Source: Pseudomonas sp.
GTDB taxonomy: Bacteria > Pseudomonadota > Gammaproteobacteria > Pseudomonadales > Pseudomonadaceae
Assembly: GCA_035563915.1 (NCBI GenBank)
Contig: DATMUG010000007.1
Coordinates: 1-46,823, forward strand
DNA length: 46,823 nucleotides
Reading direction: 5' to 3'
In this document: positions 1 through 11,217 of the stretch, piece after piece
How positions within the stretch are numbered: position 1 is the stretch's first letter
Layout of the letters: the number at the start of each line of letters is the position of its first letter
Position numbers and translations under genes: made by a program
Notes under the pieces: generated by a model
Told to the model about the DNA's origin: nothing
The model's database searches: none
The model's input: the letters and a program-made list of their open reading frames with translations, nothing else

Positions 1-65
1 CAACCTACAGCTACAGCCATGGCCAGAGCCAGCGCAGCAAATTTACCAAACTTCAGCATTTCCAT
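1..65 (-). CDS. pal: Peptidoglycan-associated lipoprotein Pal/OprL, 5' end only (runs off the window)
   Basis: Reverse strand from ATG at 65 reads MEMLKFGKFAALALAMAVAVG(C), a lipoprotein signal peptide. AGGAG RBS upstream; directly downstream of tolB. Confidence 0.92.
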   Translation of the reverse strand, partial: MEMLKFGKFAALALAMAVAVG

Positions 66-117
66 CGTGAAACTCCTAATGAACCCCAGTGTGTTAAGTA
101 AAACGTAAAGCGCCGCG

Positions 118-1419
118 TCAGTTCAGGTAAGGGGACCAGGAAGGTTCTCTGACTTCGCCTTGTGCGGTAGGAAGCGGGAGCCTTACGCGTCCATTGATGG
201 ACACGAGCATCAAGACTCCCCGGCCCTGCTGGCGGGTGGCGTAGATTACCATGGTGCCGTTGGGCGCAACAGTGGGCGACTCGTCCAGAGTGCTATCAGT
301 GAGGATTTTTACACTACCGCGCTGCAAATCCTGAGCCGCCACTTTGAAATTGGTGAATCCGTCCTGGCGGTGAATCATTACCAGGGTTTTTTCGTCAGCC
401 GACAGTTTAGGGTTGGCGTTGTAGTTACCGACGAAAGTTACACGCTCTGCACCACCGCCACCCACGCTGGTTTTATAGATTTGCGGCTTGCCGCCACGGT
501 CGGAGGTGAAGTAGATGGTCGAACCATCCTTGCCCCAGAACGGTTCGGTGTTGATGCCAGGACCATTGGTAACACGAGTGATCTGACGCGATCCCAGGTT
601 CATCACGTAGATGTCCGGGTTACCGTCTTTCGACAGTACGAACGCCAGGCGATTGCCATCCGGCGACCAGGCTGGCGCACCGTTCAGGCCTTCGAAGTTG
701 GTGATTTGCTCACGGCGACCGGTGTCGATGTTCTGCATGAACACACGAGGACGCTTCTGTTCGAACGACACATAGGCAATACGCTTGCCGTCCGGTGCGA
801 AACGCGGCGACAGGATTGGCTCGCGCGATTGCAACAGGGTCACGGCACGAGCACCGTCATAGTCCGAGCGCTGCAGCGTGTAGCGAGTGTTTTTCTCGGA
901 GAATCGCTCGGCCGTCACGTACAGCAGGCGAGTCGAAAACGCCCCCTTGATGCCGGTCAGCTTTTCGAACGACTGGTCGGAGATGTAGTGCGCCATGTCA
1001 CGCAGCTGATCAACACCGCCCGACACGCTGCCGGTCAGCACTTGCTGTTCGGTCGCGACGTTAAACAGTGCGTATTGAACCTGAAGGCGACCGCCCGCCG
1101 GAACAATGCTGCCGACCATGATGTACTGGGCGCCCAGTGCCTTGAAGTCACGGAAGATGATTTCGCTGGCCTGACTTGGCTGACTGATCATGTTCTGCTT
1201 CGGTATCGGCGAGTAGTAACCCGAGTTGCGCAGGTCGTTACCGATGATCTCAGCCATGTCGTCCGGCAGCACGCTGCCGCCCTGGAAGCCGAATGGCACG
1301 ACCGCGATCGGGGTGGCCCGATCACTGCCGCTGGTGACCAGAATGTTTTTCTCATCTGCCATCGCGATCCCTGCCATGCAGCAGATCACGACCAGCATTC
1401 CTCGAAGAAGGTTTCTCAC
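118..1419 (-). CDS. tolB: Tol-Pal system beta-propeller protein TolB
   Basis: Signal peptide, PIAVVPF N-domain, PD40-type repeats (PAWSPDG, PSWSP); tol cluster context. Confidence 0.97.
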   Translation of the reverse strand: MRNLLRGMLVVICCMAGIAMADEKNILVTSGSDRATPIAVVPFGFQGGSVLPDDMAEIIGNDLRNSGYYSPIPKQNMISQPSQASEIIFRDFKALGAQYIMVGSIVPAGGRLQVQYALFNVATEQQVLTGSVSGGVDQLRDMAHYISDQSFEKLTGIKGAFSTRLLYVTAERFSEKNTRYTLQRSDYDGARAVTLLQSREPILSPRFAPDGKRIAYVSFEQKRPRVFMQNIDTGRREQITNFEGLNGAPAWSPDGNRLAFVLSKDGNPDIYVMNLGSRQITRVTNGPGINTEPFWGKDGSTIYFTSDRGGKPQIYKTSVGGGGAERVTFVGNYNANPKLSADEKTLVMIHRQDGFTNFKVAAQDLQRGSVKILTDSTLDESPTVAPNGTMVIYATRQQGRGVLMLVSINGRVRLPLPTAQGEVREPSWSPYLN

Positions 1420-2495
1420 AAGGCTAGATCCTCAGGTGTGAATGTCATCTTGAATGAACGATACGGAGCGAAATCACTCGGCTTCATTCCCTGCATTTCT
1501 GTCAAACGTCCAATATTCTTCACTGCCGCTACGGCCGAGGCATCAAAAGGACCGTCGCCACTGGACTTGGCCACGCTGACTGAAGTCACCGTACCGTCCG
1601 GCAACATGCCGATTTGCAACACCACCGTCATGCCTTTGCGGGCCGAAGGCGGACGGGCCCAACCTTCCGCTGCACGAGCGCGAATCAGGTCATCGAAACT
1701 GCCGGCGACTTCGTCACCCTGCTCATCGGCCAAGGCCTGCTGACGCTGCGGCGTATCGGAAAGCAAATCTGCGAGGGCCTGAGCCTTCTTGTCTTCGGCG
1801 GATTTGCGCGCCGCATCCTGCGATTTCTTCTTCGCAGCATCGGCAGCAGCTTTCTTCTTCGCTTCTTCGGCGACTTTCTTCTTCGCCTCTTCAGCCTCTG
1901 CTTTCTTCTTGGCGTCTTCGGCAGCTTTCTTCTTCGCGTCCTCGACGATCTTTTTCTTCGCTTCTTCAGCGGCGGCTTTCTTGGCCTCTTCTTCAGCAGC
2001 CTTCTTGGCTTCTTCTTCCGCTTTCTTCTTGGCTATATCAGCCAATTGTTTCTCTTCTGCCTTCTTGGCTTCGGCGGCCTTCTTCGCGTCATCGGCTTTC
2101 TTGGCTTCATCAGCCTTCTTCGCCTCTTCCGCTTTCTTCGACTCGTCGGCCTTCTTGGCTTCCTCGGCCTTTTGAGCCGCTTCCTCTTTCTTTTGTTCCG
2201 CAGCCTTCACCGCTTCCTGCTCGACCTTCTTCTGCTCCATCTGTTCTTCTTCGGTCTGGCGCGCGGCGGATTTCTTCGCCTCCCCCGCAATCTTCTGATT
2301 GGTCTGGGTAGTTGCCTGACTTTTCGATTTCAGTTGGTACAGGGTCGCCTGGACAATAGGCTTGGCCGGTGGCAGCTCCGGTGTGAAGGCGAAACTGACG
2401 AACAACATGCCGAACACCAGCACGTGCAAGCCAATCGCCCAGACACTAGGCCAGAAGTAGCTTTCCGAGGCGGACGGCTCTCGCTGTTGCTGCAT
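1416..2495 (-). CDS. tolA: Cell envelope integrity protein TolA
   Basis: N-terminal TM with conserved His (GLHVLV), long Ala/Lys/Glu helical repeats, TonB-C-like C-terminal domain. Confidence 0.96.
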   Translation of the reverse strand: MQQQREPSASESYFWPSVWAIGLHVLVFGMLFVSFAFTPELPPAKPIVQATLYQLKSKSQATTQTNQKIAGEAKKSAARQTEEEQMEQKKVEQEAVKAAEQKKEEAAQKAEEAKKADESKKAEEAKKADEAKKADDAKKAAEAKKAEEKQLADIAKKKAEEEAKKAAEEEAKKAAAEEAKKKIVEDAKKKAAEDAKKKAEAEEAKKKVAEEAKKKAAADAAKKKSQDAARKSAEDKKAQALADLLSDTPQRQQALADEQGDEVAGSFDDLIRARAAEGWARPPSARKGMTVVLQIGMLPDGTVTSVSVAKSSGDGPFDASAVAAVKNIGRLTEMQGMKPSDFAPYRSFKMTFTPEDLAL

Positions 2496-2956
2496 CAGGG
2501 CGCCTCGGTAATCAAGCCAACATTACCGACCCCGGCTTTCTGCAACCCGCCCATGGCGCCCATGACGGCGCCGTAGTCGACGCTCTTGTCGCCGCGAATG
2601 AAAACCTGGGTACGCTTGCCACCTTCGTTGCCGACGCGAATGATCTTGGTCACTGCATCTGTCATCTGCGGCAGGGTCATGGCGCGATCCTGCTGCTTTT
2701 CGGTGTCGACTTCGCTGCCAAGATTCCAGTAGTAGGTCTTGTCAGCCTTGATCGAAATGGTCAGGACCTGGGTGTTGTTGTCCTGCGGCAAGGCTTCACT
2801 GGACACCTTGGGCAGGTCAACTTTCACACCCTGATTGAGCATCGGCGCGGTCACCATGAAGATGACCAGCAGTACCAGCATCACGTCGATGTAAGGCACC
2901 ACGTTCATCTCGGCGACCGGCTTGCGCTTGTGTCGGGCTCGAGCGATTAAAGCCAT
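2495..2956 (-). CDS. tolR: TolR
   Basis: EMNVVPYIDVMLVLLVIFM motif; lies between tolQ and tolA. Confidence 0.97.
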   Translation of the reverse strand: MALIARARHKRKPVAEMNVVPYIDVMLVLLVIFMVTAPMLNQGVKVDLPKVSSEALPQDNNTQVLTISIKADKTYYWNLGSEVDTEKQQDRAMTLPQMTDAVTKIIRVGNEGGKRTQVFIRGDKSVDYGAVMGAMGGLQKAGVGNVGLITEAP

Positions 2957-2970
2957 TGGAAATTACCTGC

Positions 2971-3666
2971 TTATTCTTCGCTGGTGTGCACTTTGCGGTG
3001 CAGGATCGCCTGGAATTCATCGGCGAAGGTGTAGTAGCGGCTCAGCAGGGTTTCGCTGCGAGCGGAGAAGCGGTTGTAAGCAATAACGGCCGGAATGGCT
3101 GCAAACAGACCAATCGCGGTGGCGATCAGGGCTTCAGCAATACCTGGTGCCACGGTTGCCAGGGTCGCTTGCTGGGCAGTTGCCAGACCACGGAAGGAGT
3201 TCATGATGCCCCAGACAGTACCGAACAGACCGATGTAAGGGCTGACAGAGCCGACGGTGGCCAGAAACGGCAGGCTCTGCTCGAGTTTTTCTTCCTCGCG
3301 GGAAATCGCTACACGCATGGCACGAGCCACGCCTTCCATGACCGCTTCCGGATCAACGCCTGGCTGCTGGCGCAGACGGGAGAACTCCTTGAAGCCGGCG
3401 CGGAAGATTTGCTCGACACCCGAATCCGGATCCGGGTTGCTGCCCGCCTGACGGTAGAGTTTGGACAGGTCGATACCCGACCAGAAGCGCTCTTCGAAAC
3501 TCTCAAGAGCGCGTCGACCGGCGCGCAGCAGGTTGCTGCGTTGAAGGATCATGATCCATGAGGTCACCGATGCGGCTACCAGGGTCAGCATTACCAGTTG
3601 CACCACGATACTGGCATTGCTGACCAGGCTCCACATGGAGGAATGGTCGACGACGTTAGCTTCCAC
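2971..3666 (-). CDS. tolQ: TolQ
   Basis: [14 protein letters not shown] and [14 protein letters not shown] MotA/TolQ/ExbB motifs. Confidence 0.97.
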   Translation of the reverse strand: MEANVVDHSSMWSLVSNASIVVQLVMLTLVAASVTSWIMILQRSNLLRAGRRALESFEERFWSGIDLSKLYRQAGSNPDPDSGVEQIFRAGFKEFSRLRQQPGVDPEAVMEGVARAMRVAISREEEKLEQSLPFLATVGSVSPYIGLFGTVWGIMNSFRGLATAQQATLATVAPGIAEALIATAIGLFAAIPAVIAYNRFSARSETLLSRYYTFADEFQAILHRKVHTSEE

Positions 3667-4123
3667 GCTTTATCTCCTGCGTTGAGTGTGTACCCGCGCC
3701 GCTCAGGTCGGCAAAGGCCGCTCGTAGAGCTTCGGGAATGGCCCGGGGTTTCAAGCTGTTGGTGCGCACACAGGCCACCAGAAACTGCCCTTCGCAGAGC
3801 AGTACGTTATCCGTAGCCCGCCTGACCTGCTGTTTGAATCGCAGGCTGGCACGGTTCAATTCGATTACTTCAGCGCTTACCAGCAACTCATCGTCCAGTC
3901 GCGCCGGCGCGTGATAACGCGCTTCGCTGGAATGCACGACGAACAACAGGTCCTCCCCTGCCAGCTGCGATTGGGCGAAGCCCAGGTCGCGTAGCCGCTC
4001 GGTTCGAGCCCGTTCCATAAACTTGAGGTAATTAACGTAATACACGATGCCGCCCGCATCGGTGTCCTCGTAATAAACGCGACAACGATGTGCGAAAGGC
4101 TCAAGCCCGTTTTGCGCGCGCAT
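3656..4123 (-). CDS. ybgC: Tol-Pal-associated acyl-CoA thioesterase YbgC
   Basis: [28 protein letters not shown] hotdog-fold motif; upstream of tolQ. Confidence 0.95.
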   Translation of the reverse strand: MRAQNGLEPFAHRCRVYYEDTDAGGIVYYVNYLKFMERARTERLRDLGFAQSQLAGEDLLFVVHSSEARYHAPARLDDELLVSAEVIELNRASLRFKQQVRRATDNVLLCEGQFLVACVRTNSLKPRAIPEALRAAFADLSGAGTHSTQEIKRGS

Positions 4124-4249
4124 ACTCTAGTGCTTACTCCTCGGGTTGCCAATCCGGCAGGCAACTGTTTTTCAATGTTCTGCGGCTTTCTCGCGAAAGT
4201 ACGGTGCTAGGACAGCACAATGCCCGAAAATTCAGCTCGCAAAAGTTAA

Positions 4250-5311
4250 TTAATCGTCCACCGCGTCGAGAAACTCGTCTACCACGGGCATTTCACCCAA
4301 TCGTGACGGAATGTTTAAACCGAAGTGCAGGTAGGCATGCCGTGTCACCACCCGCCCCCGCGGGGTACGCATGATGTAGCCCTGCTGAATCAGGTAGGGC
4401 TCCAGGACATCTTCAATCGTGTGGCGCTCTTCACTGATGGCCGCAGCCAGACTGTCCACGCCAACCGGTCCACCATCGAACTTCTCGATCATGGTCAGCA
4501 ACAGGCGTCGGTCCTGATGATCGAAGCCGCGCTCGTCGACATCAAGCAGGTTCAAGGCCATATCGGCAACCGCCTTGGTGATATGGCCCTTGGCACGAAC
4601 TTCGGCAAAGTCCCGCACCCGGCGCAGCAAGCGGTTGGCGATCCGCGGTGTGCCACGGGCGCGGCGGGCGATTTCAAAGGCGCCTTCCGGGTCCAGCGGC
4701 AAGCCAAGGATGCTCGCCGAACGGCTGACAATGGTTGAAAGATCGGCGTTGCTGTAGAACTCCAGGCGCTGAACGATCCCGAAACGGTCGCGCAACGGGT
4801 TGGTCAGCATGCCCGCCCGCGTGGTCGCGCCAACCAGGGTGAACGGTGGCAGGTCAAGTTTGATCGAGCGTGCGGCCGGGCCTTCGCCGATCATGATGTC
4901 GAGCTGAAAGTCCTCCATGGCCGGGTACAGCACTTCCTCGACAATGGGTGACAGACGATGGATTTCATCGATGAACAGCACGTCATGAGGTTCGAGATTG
5001 GTCAGCAACGCTGCCAGATCGCCCGGCCGCTCAAGCACCGGCCCCGAAGTACTTTTGATCGAGACGCCCATTTCCTGGGCGATGATGTTGGCCAGAGTGG
5101 TTTTACCCAGGCCCGGAGGTCCGAAGATCAGCGTGTGATCCAGGGATTCATTGCGGCCTCGAGCCGCCTGGATGAACAACTCCATCTGCTCGCGAACGGT
5201 CGGCTGGCCGATGTATTCGGCCAGGCTGACGGGGCGAATCGCCCTGTCCTGCACTTCCTCACGCTCACGGGGACTCCCTGTGGCGGCGATAAGACGGTCA
5301 GCTTCAATCAC
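4250..5311 (-). CDS. ruvB: Holliday junction branch migration helicase RuvB
   Basis: GPPGLGKT Walker A, FIDEIHR Walker B, RTPRGR C-terminal motif. Confidence 0.98.
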   Translation of the reverse strand: MIEADRLIAATGSPREREEVQDRAIRPVSLAEYIGQPTVREQMELFIQAARGRNESLDHTLIFGPPGLGKTTLANIIAQEMGVSIKSTSGPVLERPGDLAALLTNLEPHDVLFIDEIHRLSPIVEEVLYPAMEDFQLDIMIGEGPAARSIKLDLPPFTLVGATTRAGMLTNPLRDRFGIVQRLEFYSNADLSTIVSRSASILGLPLDPEGAFEIARRARGTPRIANRLLRRVRDFAEVRAKGHITKAVADMALNLLDVDERGFDHQDRRLLLTMIEKFDGGPVGVDSLAAAISEERHTIEDVLEPYLIQQGYIMRTPRGRVVTRHAYLHFGLNIPSRLGEMPVVDEFLDAVDD

Positions 5312-5920
5312 TTAGATCATTCCCTTCAGGGCACGACGAATCATGTCTTCGCTACTCAACCCTTTCTCCTTGATCGCGGAAATCGCCTTGCTCGCCTCCT
5401 GCGGCTTGTAGCCGAGGGAAATCAGCGCGCTGACCGCATCGTTTTCCGCCATGTTGACCGGTGCAGGCCCGTCCGGCTGGTTCGGCACCAGGGCAAACAT
5501 GGCCGGTACCGTTTCCCAGGCCTTGAACCGATCCTTGAGTTCAACCAACAGGCGCTCGGCCGTTTTTTTGCCCACGCCCGGCACTTTGGTCAGCGCCGAG
5601 GTGTCCTGGGACTGAACACAGCGGATCAGTTCGTCGACTTCCAGACTCGACATCAAGGCCAGGGCCAGCTTCGGCCCTACACCATTAAGACGGATCAACT
5701 CACGAAAAAAGTCTCGCTCGCGCTTGCCGACAAAGCCATAGAGTAACTGCGCGTCTTCACGTACGACCAAATGGGTGTGCAGCGTCAGCGGCTCACCGAC
5801 CGACGGCAAGCGATAAAGCGTGGTCATGGGAACTTCAAGCTCATACCCCAAACCGTTTACATCCAGAATCAGGTGCGGCGGCTGTTTCTCAGCCAGTGTG
5901 CCGCGCAAGCGTCCAATCAC
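5312..5920 (-). CDS. ruvA: Holliday junction branch migration protein RuvA
   Basis: MIGRLRG start, [20 protein letters not shown] and [12 protein letters not shown] HhH motifs. Confidence 0.98.
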   Translation of the reverse strand: MIGRLRGTLAEKQPPHLILDVNGLGYELEVPMTTLYRLPSVGEPLTLHTHLVVREDAQLLYGFVGKRERDFFRELIRLNGVGPKLALALMSSLEVDELIRCVQSQDTSALTKVPGVGKKTAERLLVELKDRFKAWETVPAMFALVPNQPDGPAPVNMAENDAVSALISLGYKPQEASKAISAIKEKGLSSEDMIRRALKGMI

Positions 5921-6031
5921 GTTACAGATCCTTGAGCGTTGGCCAGCACGATGCCGGCGACTGACAGAGCGAGGGCCTTGCGCCAGCCTGGGCGCAAATC
6001 CCTGATTCCATGAAATTGACTGCCGATGCTA

Positions 6032-6556
6032 TCAGAGACGCAGGCGCCCGCCACGACTGCGTGCCGCACCCAACCCGTGAGGCAACAGGCTGGAGCGCGT
6101 GTGAGCGTGACAAATGGCAATGGCCAGCGCGTCCGAGGCATCGATCTGCGGCTTGCTGGTCAGTTTCAGCATGTGCATGACCATCATCTGTACCTGCTCC
6201 TTGTTGGCGGCGCCGGTGCCAACCACCGCTTGCTTGACCTGTGTCGCGGTGTACTCGGCAATTTCCAGGTTTTCTTCCGCGCCCGCGACTATGGCGGCAC
6301 CACGGGCCTGCCCCAATTTCAGCGCGGAGTCGGCGTTGCGCGCCATGAACACCTTTTCGATGCCCATGGTCACCGGCCCGTAGGTCTGAATGATCTCCCG
6401 CACTCCGCGGTAGACGATCTGCAAACGCTCATGCAGCTCGCCAGCACCCGTGCGAATGCAACCGGAAGCCACGTATTCGCAGCCACGACCGGTATCGCGA
6501 ACCACGCCATAACCGGTGATACGTGAACCGGGGTCGATACCAAGAATTAAAGTCAT
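6032..6556 (-). CDS. ruvC: Crossover junction endodeoxyribonuclease RuvC
   Basis: [14 protein letters not shown] and [12 protein letters not shown] motifs. Confidence 0.98.
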   Translation of the reverse strand: MTLILGIDPGSRITGYGVVRDTGRGCEYVASGCIRTGAGELHERLQIVYRGVREIIQTYGPVTMGIEKVFMARNADSALKLGQARGAAIVAGAEENLEIAEYTATQVKQAVVGTGAANKEQVQMMVMHMLKLTSKPQIDASDALAIAICHAHTRSSLLPHGLGAARSRGGRLRL

Positions 6557-6596
6557 AACGCCTGCATAAAAGACCGCGGAGACTGGAGAATAACTG

Positions 6597-6675
6597 TGTA
6601 GGCGCTACCGCAGGCTGCGATCTTTTAAATTAAAAGCTGAAAGTCAAAAGATCGCAGGCTTCGCCAGCTCCTACA
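6597..6675. repeat. REP doublet (GTAG family), inverted pair
   Basis: TGTAGGCGCTACCGCAGGCTGCGATCTTTT (6597-6626) and its inverted copy AAAAGATCGCAGGCTTCGCCAGCTCCTACA (6646-6675). Confidence 0.85.
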
Positions 6676-6710
6676 GGAATCTGTGAAGATTGCGATCTCT
6701 TTTCAATGGA

Positions 6711-7457
6711 TCAACCGAGCTGCGCGGCGACCGACTCCGGAATATCCGCGTTGGAGTAGACGTTCTGTACGTCATCCAGGTCCTCGAGCATGTCGATCAA
6801 CTTGAGGACTTTCTCAGCGCCTTCCAGGTCCAGCTCGGCACTGGTGGTCGGCAGCATGACGATTTCCGCATCGGTGCCTTTGAAACCCGAAGCTTCCAGC
6901 GCGTTACGCACGGAATAGAAGCCGGCAAACGAAGTGAACACGTCAATGGAGCCATCTTCGTTGGTCACCACGTCATCGGCGTCGGCTTCCAGAGCCGCTT
7001 CCGTCAATGCATCCTCATCGACACCTGGCGCGAAGCTGATCTGCCCCTTGCGCTCAAACAGATAGGCCACCGAACCGTCAGTGCCGAGATTACCACCACA
7101 CTTACTGAACGCGTGGCGCACAGCAGCAGCGGTACGGTTGCGGTTGTCGGTCATGCACTCGACCATCACTGCAACGCCGCCGGGCCCGTAACCCTCGTAG
7201 GTCAGCTCTTCCACGTTATCGGCTTCGGTCGCACCTGCGCCTCGAGCGATGGCGCGGTCGATGATGTCGCGACTCATGTTCGCACCCAGCGCCTTGTCCA
7301 GGGCCAGTCGCAGACGCGGGTTCGAACCTGGATCGCCACCACCCTGGCGGGCTGCAACGGTCAGTTCACGAATCCACTTGGTGAAGATCTTGCCTCTCTT
7401 GGCATCCTGACGTTCTTTGCGGTGCTTGATGTTCGCCCACTTGGAATGACCTGCCAT
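6711..7457 (-). CDS. yebC: YebC/PmpR family protein (start corrected to ATG at 7457)
   Basis: [14 protein letters not shown] start, YEGYGPGG and TDNRNRT motifs; aspS-yebC-ruvC order. Confidence 0.96.
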   Translation of the reverse strand: MAGHSKWANIKHRKERQDAKRGKIFTKWIRELTVAARQGGGDPGSNPRLRLALDKALGANMSRDIIDRAIARGAGATEADNVEELTYEGYGPGGVAVMVECMTDNRNRTAAAVRHAFSKCGGNLGTDGSVAYLFERKGQISFAPGVDEDALTEAALEADADDVVTNEDGSIDVFTSFAGFYSVRNALEASGFKGTDAEIVMLPTTSAELDLEGAEKVLKLIDMLEDLDDVQNVYSNADIPESVAAQLG

Positions 7458-7540
7458 AACTCGCTCCGAATTCACTTTGGAACATTGCCCGCCACGCCTT
7501 GAGGCGCCAGCCGGCAAACAAAAATATCGACCATACCCAT

Positions 7541-7568
7541 AAAGAAAAGGCGCATCCGAAGATGCGCC
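7541..7568 (-). terminator. Intrinsic terminator-like hairpin after aspS
   Basis: Minus strand GGCGCATC-TTCG-GATGCGCC followed by TTTTCTTT. Confidence 0.7.
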
Positions 7569-7581
7569 CTTCAGATCAGCC

Positions 7582-9357
7582 TTACTCGGCTTTAGGCGTT
7601 TCGCGCAAACGGATGTGCAGTTCACGCAGGGCCTTGGCGTCTACCTGGCCCGGGGCCTGAGTCATGACGTCTGCGGCACTCTGGGTTTTCGGGAAGGCGA
7701 TCACTTCACGGATCGACTGAGCGCCGGTCATCAGCATCACCAGACGGTCCAGACCGAACGCCAGACCACCGTGCGGTGGCGCGCCGTATTTCAGGGCGTC
7801 GAGCAGGAAGCCAAATTTCTCTTCCTGTTCCGCTTCGTTGATACCCAGCAGACGGAAGACCGACTGTTGCATTTCCTTGCGATGGATACGGATCGAACCC
7901 CCACCCAGCTCGGTGCCGTTCAGAACCATGTCGTAAGCGCGGGACAGCGCGGTGGCCGGGTTAGCCTCCAGCTCTGCCGGGGTGCACTTCGGTGCGGTGA
8001 ACGGGTGGTGCAGAGCGGTGAAGCTGCCGTCGTCGTTCTCTTCGAACATCGGGAAGTCGACGACCCACATCGGTGCCCATTCGCAGGTCAGCAGGTTGAA
8101 ATCGTGACCAACCTTGATGCGCAGCGCGCCCAGGGCTTCGCTGACGATCTTGAACTTGTCCGCACCGAAGAACACGATGTCGCCATCGACTGCACCGACG
8201 CGATCGAGGATCACGTTCAGGGCGGCTTCAGGGATGTTTTTGACGATTGGCGACTGCAGGCCTTCGACGCCCTTGGCGCGCTCGTTGACCTTGATGTAAG
8301 CCAGACCCTTGGCACCGTAGATGCCGACGAACTTGGTGTAGTCGTCGATCTTGCTGCGCGGCATGCTCGCCCCGCCCGGAACACGCAGTGCGGTGACACG
8401 GCATTTCGGATCGTTGGCCGGGCCGCTGAAGACCTTGAATTCAACGTCCTTGAGTTGGTCGGCAACGTCTACCAGCTCCAGCGGGTTACGCAGGTCCGGC
8501 TTGTCGGAACCATAGCGACGCATGGCTTCTTCGAAGGTCATGTGCGGGAAATCGCCGAATTCCAGACCCAGCACTTCCTTGAACAAGTTGCGGATCATGC
8601 CTTCGGTCAGGCCCATGATGTCTTTTTCATCGAGGAAGCTGGTCTCGATGTCGATCTGGGTGAATTCCGGCTGACGGTCGGCACGCAGGTCTTCGTCGCG
8701 GAAGCACTTGGCGATCTGGTAGTAGCGATCGAAGCCGGCCACCATCAGCAGTTGCTTGAACAGCTGTGGCGATTGCGGCAGGGCGAAGAACGAACCGGCG
8801 TGGGTACGGCTAGGCACCAGGTAGTCGCGGGCCCCTTCCGGCGTAGCACGGGTCAGGATCGGCGTTTCGACGTCGAGGAAGCCATTCTCGTCCAGGTAGC
8901 GACGAATACTGGTGGTCATGCGCGAACGCAGACGCAGCTTCTCGGCCATTTCCGGACGGCGCAGATCCAGGAAGCGATAGCGCAGGCGGGTTTCTTCACC
9001 GACGTCGGAAAACTCGTTCAGCGGGAACGGCGGGGTTTCAGCTTCGTTCAACACTTCCAGTTCGTAGCCCAGCACTTCGATCATGCCCGACGCCATGTTG
9101 GCATTCGTGGCACCGGCCGGACGCAGGCGGACCTTGCCGGTGATCTTCACCACGTACTCGCTGCGCACGCGGTCGGCAGCGGCGAAGGTTTCAGCACGAT
9201 CCGGGTCGAATACCACCTGAGCCAGACCGTCACGATCACGGATATCGAGGAAAATCACCCCACCGTGGTCACGGCGACGGTGAACCCATCCGCAAAGGGT
9301 AATTTCCTGGCCGTCCAGGCTTTCGTTCAGTTGGCCGCAATAATGGCTGCGCATCAT
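7582..9357 (-). CDS. aspS: Aspartate--tRNA ligase, probably non-discriminating Asp/Asn type (start corrected to 9357)
   Basis: MMRSHYCG start, [51 protein letters not shown]. Confidence 0.98.
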   Translation of the reverse strand: MMRSHYCGQLNESLDGQEITLCGWVHRRRDHGGVIFLDIRDRDGLAQVVFDPDRAETFAAADRVRSEYVVKITGKVRLRPAGATNANMASGMIEVLGYELEVLNEAETPPFPLNEFSDVGEETRLRYRFLDLRRPEMAEKLRLRSRMTTSIRRYLDENGFLDVETPILTRATPEGARDYLVPSRTHAGSFFALPQSPQLFKQLLMVAGFDRYYQIAKCFRDEDLRADRQPEFTQIDIETSFLDEKDIMGLTEGMIRNLFKEVLGLEFGDFPHMTFEEAMRRYGSDKPDLRNPLELVDVADQLKDVEFKVFSGPANDPKCRVTALRVPGGASMPRSKIDDYTKFVGIYGAKGLAYIKVNERAKGVEGLQSPIVKNIPEAALNVILDRVGAVDGDIVFFGADKFKIVSEALGALRIKVGHDFNLLTCEWAPMWVVDFPMFEENDDGSFTALHHPFTAPKCTPAELEANPATALSRAYDMVLNGTELGGGSIRIHRKEMQQSVFRLLGINEAEQEEKFGFLLDALKYGAPPHGGLAFGLDRLVMLMTGAQSIREVIAFPKTQSAADVMTQAPGQVDAKALRELHIRLRETPKAE

Positions 9358-9466
9358 GGTCGTGGTTTCACTTCTCGTAATTCGAAATTCGGTTGGAGAC
9401 CTTGCGCATATCGGTTGACCGATAAGGCAAGCGCTCACGTGTGTGATTCAGTTCAGAGCATGAACC

Positions 9467-9688
9467 CTAGTCAGCTTTGTCACCGCCGGCCAGATTCTTC
9501 TTGGAACCGGTCTTGAAATCGGTCTCGTACCAGCCAGTGCCGCTGAGGCGGAAACCTGGCATGGATAACATCTTCTTCAGCTCTGGTGCCTGGCACGCAG
9601 GGCAGTCAACCAGCGGCGGCGCGCTGATCTTTTGAATGGCTTCCAACTGATGACCACAGGAAGCACATTGGTAATCGTACATCGGCAT
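9467..9688 (-). CDS. FmdB family zinc-ribbon protein
   Basis: MPMYDYQCASCGH...CPAC and GFRLSGTGWYETDF. Confidence 0.9.
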   Translation of the reverse strand: MPMYDYQCASCGHQLEAIQKISAPPLVDCPACQAPELKKMLSMPGFRLSGTGWYETDFKTGSKKNLAGGDKAD

Positions 9689-9748
9689 GGGGTTGTCTCG
9701 GTGATCAGATTGCTACCGCGCACGCTGGGTATTGCGGCAAAGAGCGGG

Positions 9749-9777
9749 ATTATATCCATTAAATGCGGCCTGTGCAG
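9749..9777 (-). promoter_or_regulatory. Candidate sigma70 promoter for the zinc-ribbon gene (possibly also aspS)
   Basis: Minus strand CTGCAC-N17-TATAAT; perfect -10 at 9749-9754. Confidence 0.45.
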
Positions 9778-9810
9778 CCGTAAGACTGCACAGATCGACA
9801 TGCTGCGCTT

Positions 9811-10161
9811 TCATTGGCGAGACTGAACAATGGCAGCGCATCCCGCCTCTTTAAGGCTGTGGACAACACAGACCACCCGCACCAACCCACTGAAGTTCTT
9901 TACACCGCCATGGCGTAAATGGACCTCACGATCCAGGTAAGACAGCAACGCACTGACCGAACAGCAATTGACTTTAGCCATTGCGCCCAAGATATCCCAG
10001 TACACCTGCTCAAGCCGCAAACAGGTCGCGAAGCCATTGAGCCGAACCGATCGGGACAAAGGCTGAGCCAGTCCCATATCGAACTCACTGGCAAACGGAT
10101 CGATCCTGATGTCCTTGAGCAAACACCCTCTCCTCTCACTTCTCCTGTCTTCATGAACCAT
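9811..10161 (-). CDS. Ribbon-helix-helix (RHH_4-like) domain protein; start uncertain
   Basis: SRSVRLNGFATCLRLEQVYWDIL...NFSGLVRV resembles the RHH_4 pattern. ATG at 10161 chosen over the longer ORF. Confidence 0.7.
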   Translation of the reverse strand: MVHEDRRSERRGCLLKDIRIDPFASEFDMGLAQPLSRSVRLNGFATCLRLEQVYWDILGAMAKVNCCSVSALLSYLDREVHLRHGGVKNFSGLVRVVCVVHSLKEAGCAAIVQSRQ

Positions 10162-10435
10162 ACCGTTGACACTCCTTTGCCATCCCTGGTTTTCATAGAG
10201 CCTGTACGCCCATGGAACCGCGATGACAAAGTTATATCCAGATGACTTTTTGCCCTTCCTTGTAGGAGAAGCCAACAACTGCGGGTGGATCACGGAGAAC
10301 GTCCTACGCCTGACCTTTTCCTGATCTGAGAGACGAAAATTCGCTCAATAGGCAGGCCTTTTTCGACGGGACAAGCATCCGATGGAGGAAGGCAACGCGC
10401 GAATAACCCCAAAAAGGTACATTCGCGCGCGAACG

Positions 10436-10906
10436 TTACTGATCCAGCAAGGCGCGGAGCATCCAGGCGGTCTTTTCGTGAACCTGCATGCGCTGGGTCA
10501 GCAGGTCGGCCGTGGGCTCGTCACTGACCTTGTCGAGCAACGGAAAAATTCCCCGGGCCGTACGCGTCACCGCCTCTTGCCCCTCGACCAGTTGCCTGAT
10601 CATGTCTTCGGCGGCCGGCACGCCCTCTTCCTCTTTAATGGAGGACAGTCGTGCATAAACCGCGTAGGCGCCGGGTGCGGGAAATCCAAGGGCACGAATG
10701 CGCTCGGCGATCAAATCAACCGCAAGTGCCAGCTCGTTGTATTGCTCTTCGAACATAAGGTGCAGCGTGCGAAACATGGGCCCGGTGACGTTCCAATGGA
10801 AGTTGTGGGTCTTCAAATAAAGTACGTAAGTGTCCGACAACAGTCGCGAAAGACCATCGACGATGGACTTGCGGTCCTCTTCACTGATACCGATATCGAT
10901 TGCCAT
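10436..10906 (-). CDS. dps: DNA starvation/stationary phase protection protein Dps
   Basis: [25 protein letters not shown] and [11 protein letters not shown] ferroxidase motifs, HEKTAWML; GGGG RBS before ATG at 10906. Confidence 0.95.
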   Translation of the reverse strand: MAIDIGISEEDRKSIVDGLSRLLSDTYVLYLKTHNFHWNVTGPMFRTLHLMFEEQYNELALAVDLIAERIRALGFPAPGAYAVYARLSSIKEEEGVPAAEDMIRQLVEGQEAVTRTARGIFPLLDKVSDEPTADLLTQRMQVHEKTAWMLRALLDQ

Positions 10907-10953
10907 GTTTTTTCCCCTAAAGGTGATGAATTTCATCCGACAGGTGCAGAATC

Positions 10954-10962
10954 ACTCTAGCA
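10954..10962 (-). promoter_or_regulatory. Candidate RpoS-type extended -10 for dps
   Basis: Minus strand TGCTAGAGT (TG plus C at -13), about 50 nt upstream of the dps start. Confidence 0.4.
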
Positions 10963-11217
10963 AGCCTGTCGCGGCATCGCAGCCCTGGACCTTCCCCCCG
11001 CCCTGCGACAAATCGCCCCCGAAGCACCGCTGGACTCCTTGATTTGAGTAGCCACAAGCTTTGCTGTTAAATAGATGACGTGTCGCTGGCGCCCTTATTT
11101 TCCGGGCACTGCGCATAGGCTGATTCGGATACGTGCTCAACGCCTCTTTATTGTTCCGAAGCGAACCGTGTCCTCTCAGCTCTTCCTTGTGATCCGTCTT
11201 AACGTGAGTCAATAAAA

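Noticed and set aside
1789-2260. Tandem-like repetitive DNA (TTCTTCGC/CTTCTTGGC runs)
   Set aside because: It encodes the AKKA/AEE helical repeats of TolA and is not a CRISPR array or independent repeat.
4124-4249. Fur box upstream of ybgC-tolQRA
   Set aside because: The region is AT-rich but has no convincing GATAATGATAATCATTATC-like match.
5921-6031. Hairpin (TTGCGCC...GGCGCAA) in the ruvC-ruvA gap and a possible SOS box
   Set aside because: It has no U-tract or recognisable RNA family, and no CTGT-N8-ACAG LexA site is seen upstream of ruvA or ruvC.
10937-11217. OxyR site or small ORFs between dps and the CSD gene
   Set aside because: There is no clear ATAG-N7-CTAT periodic pattern, and the short ORFs lack an RBS and coding character.
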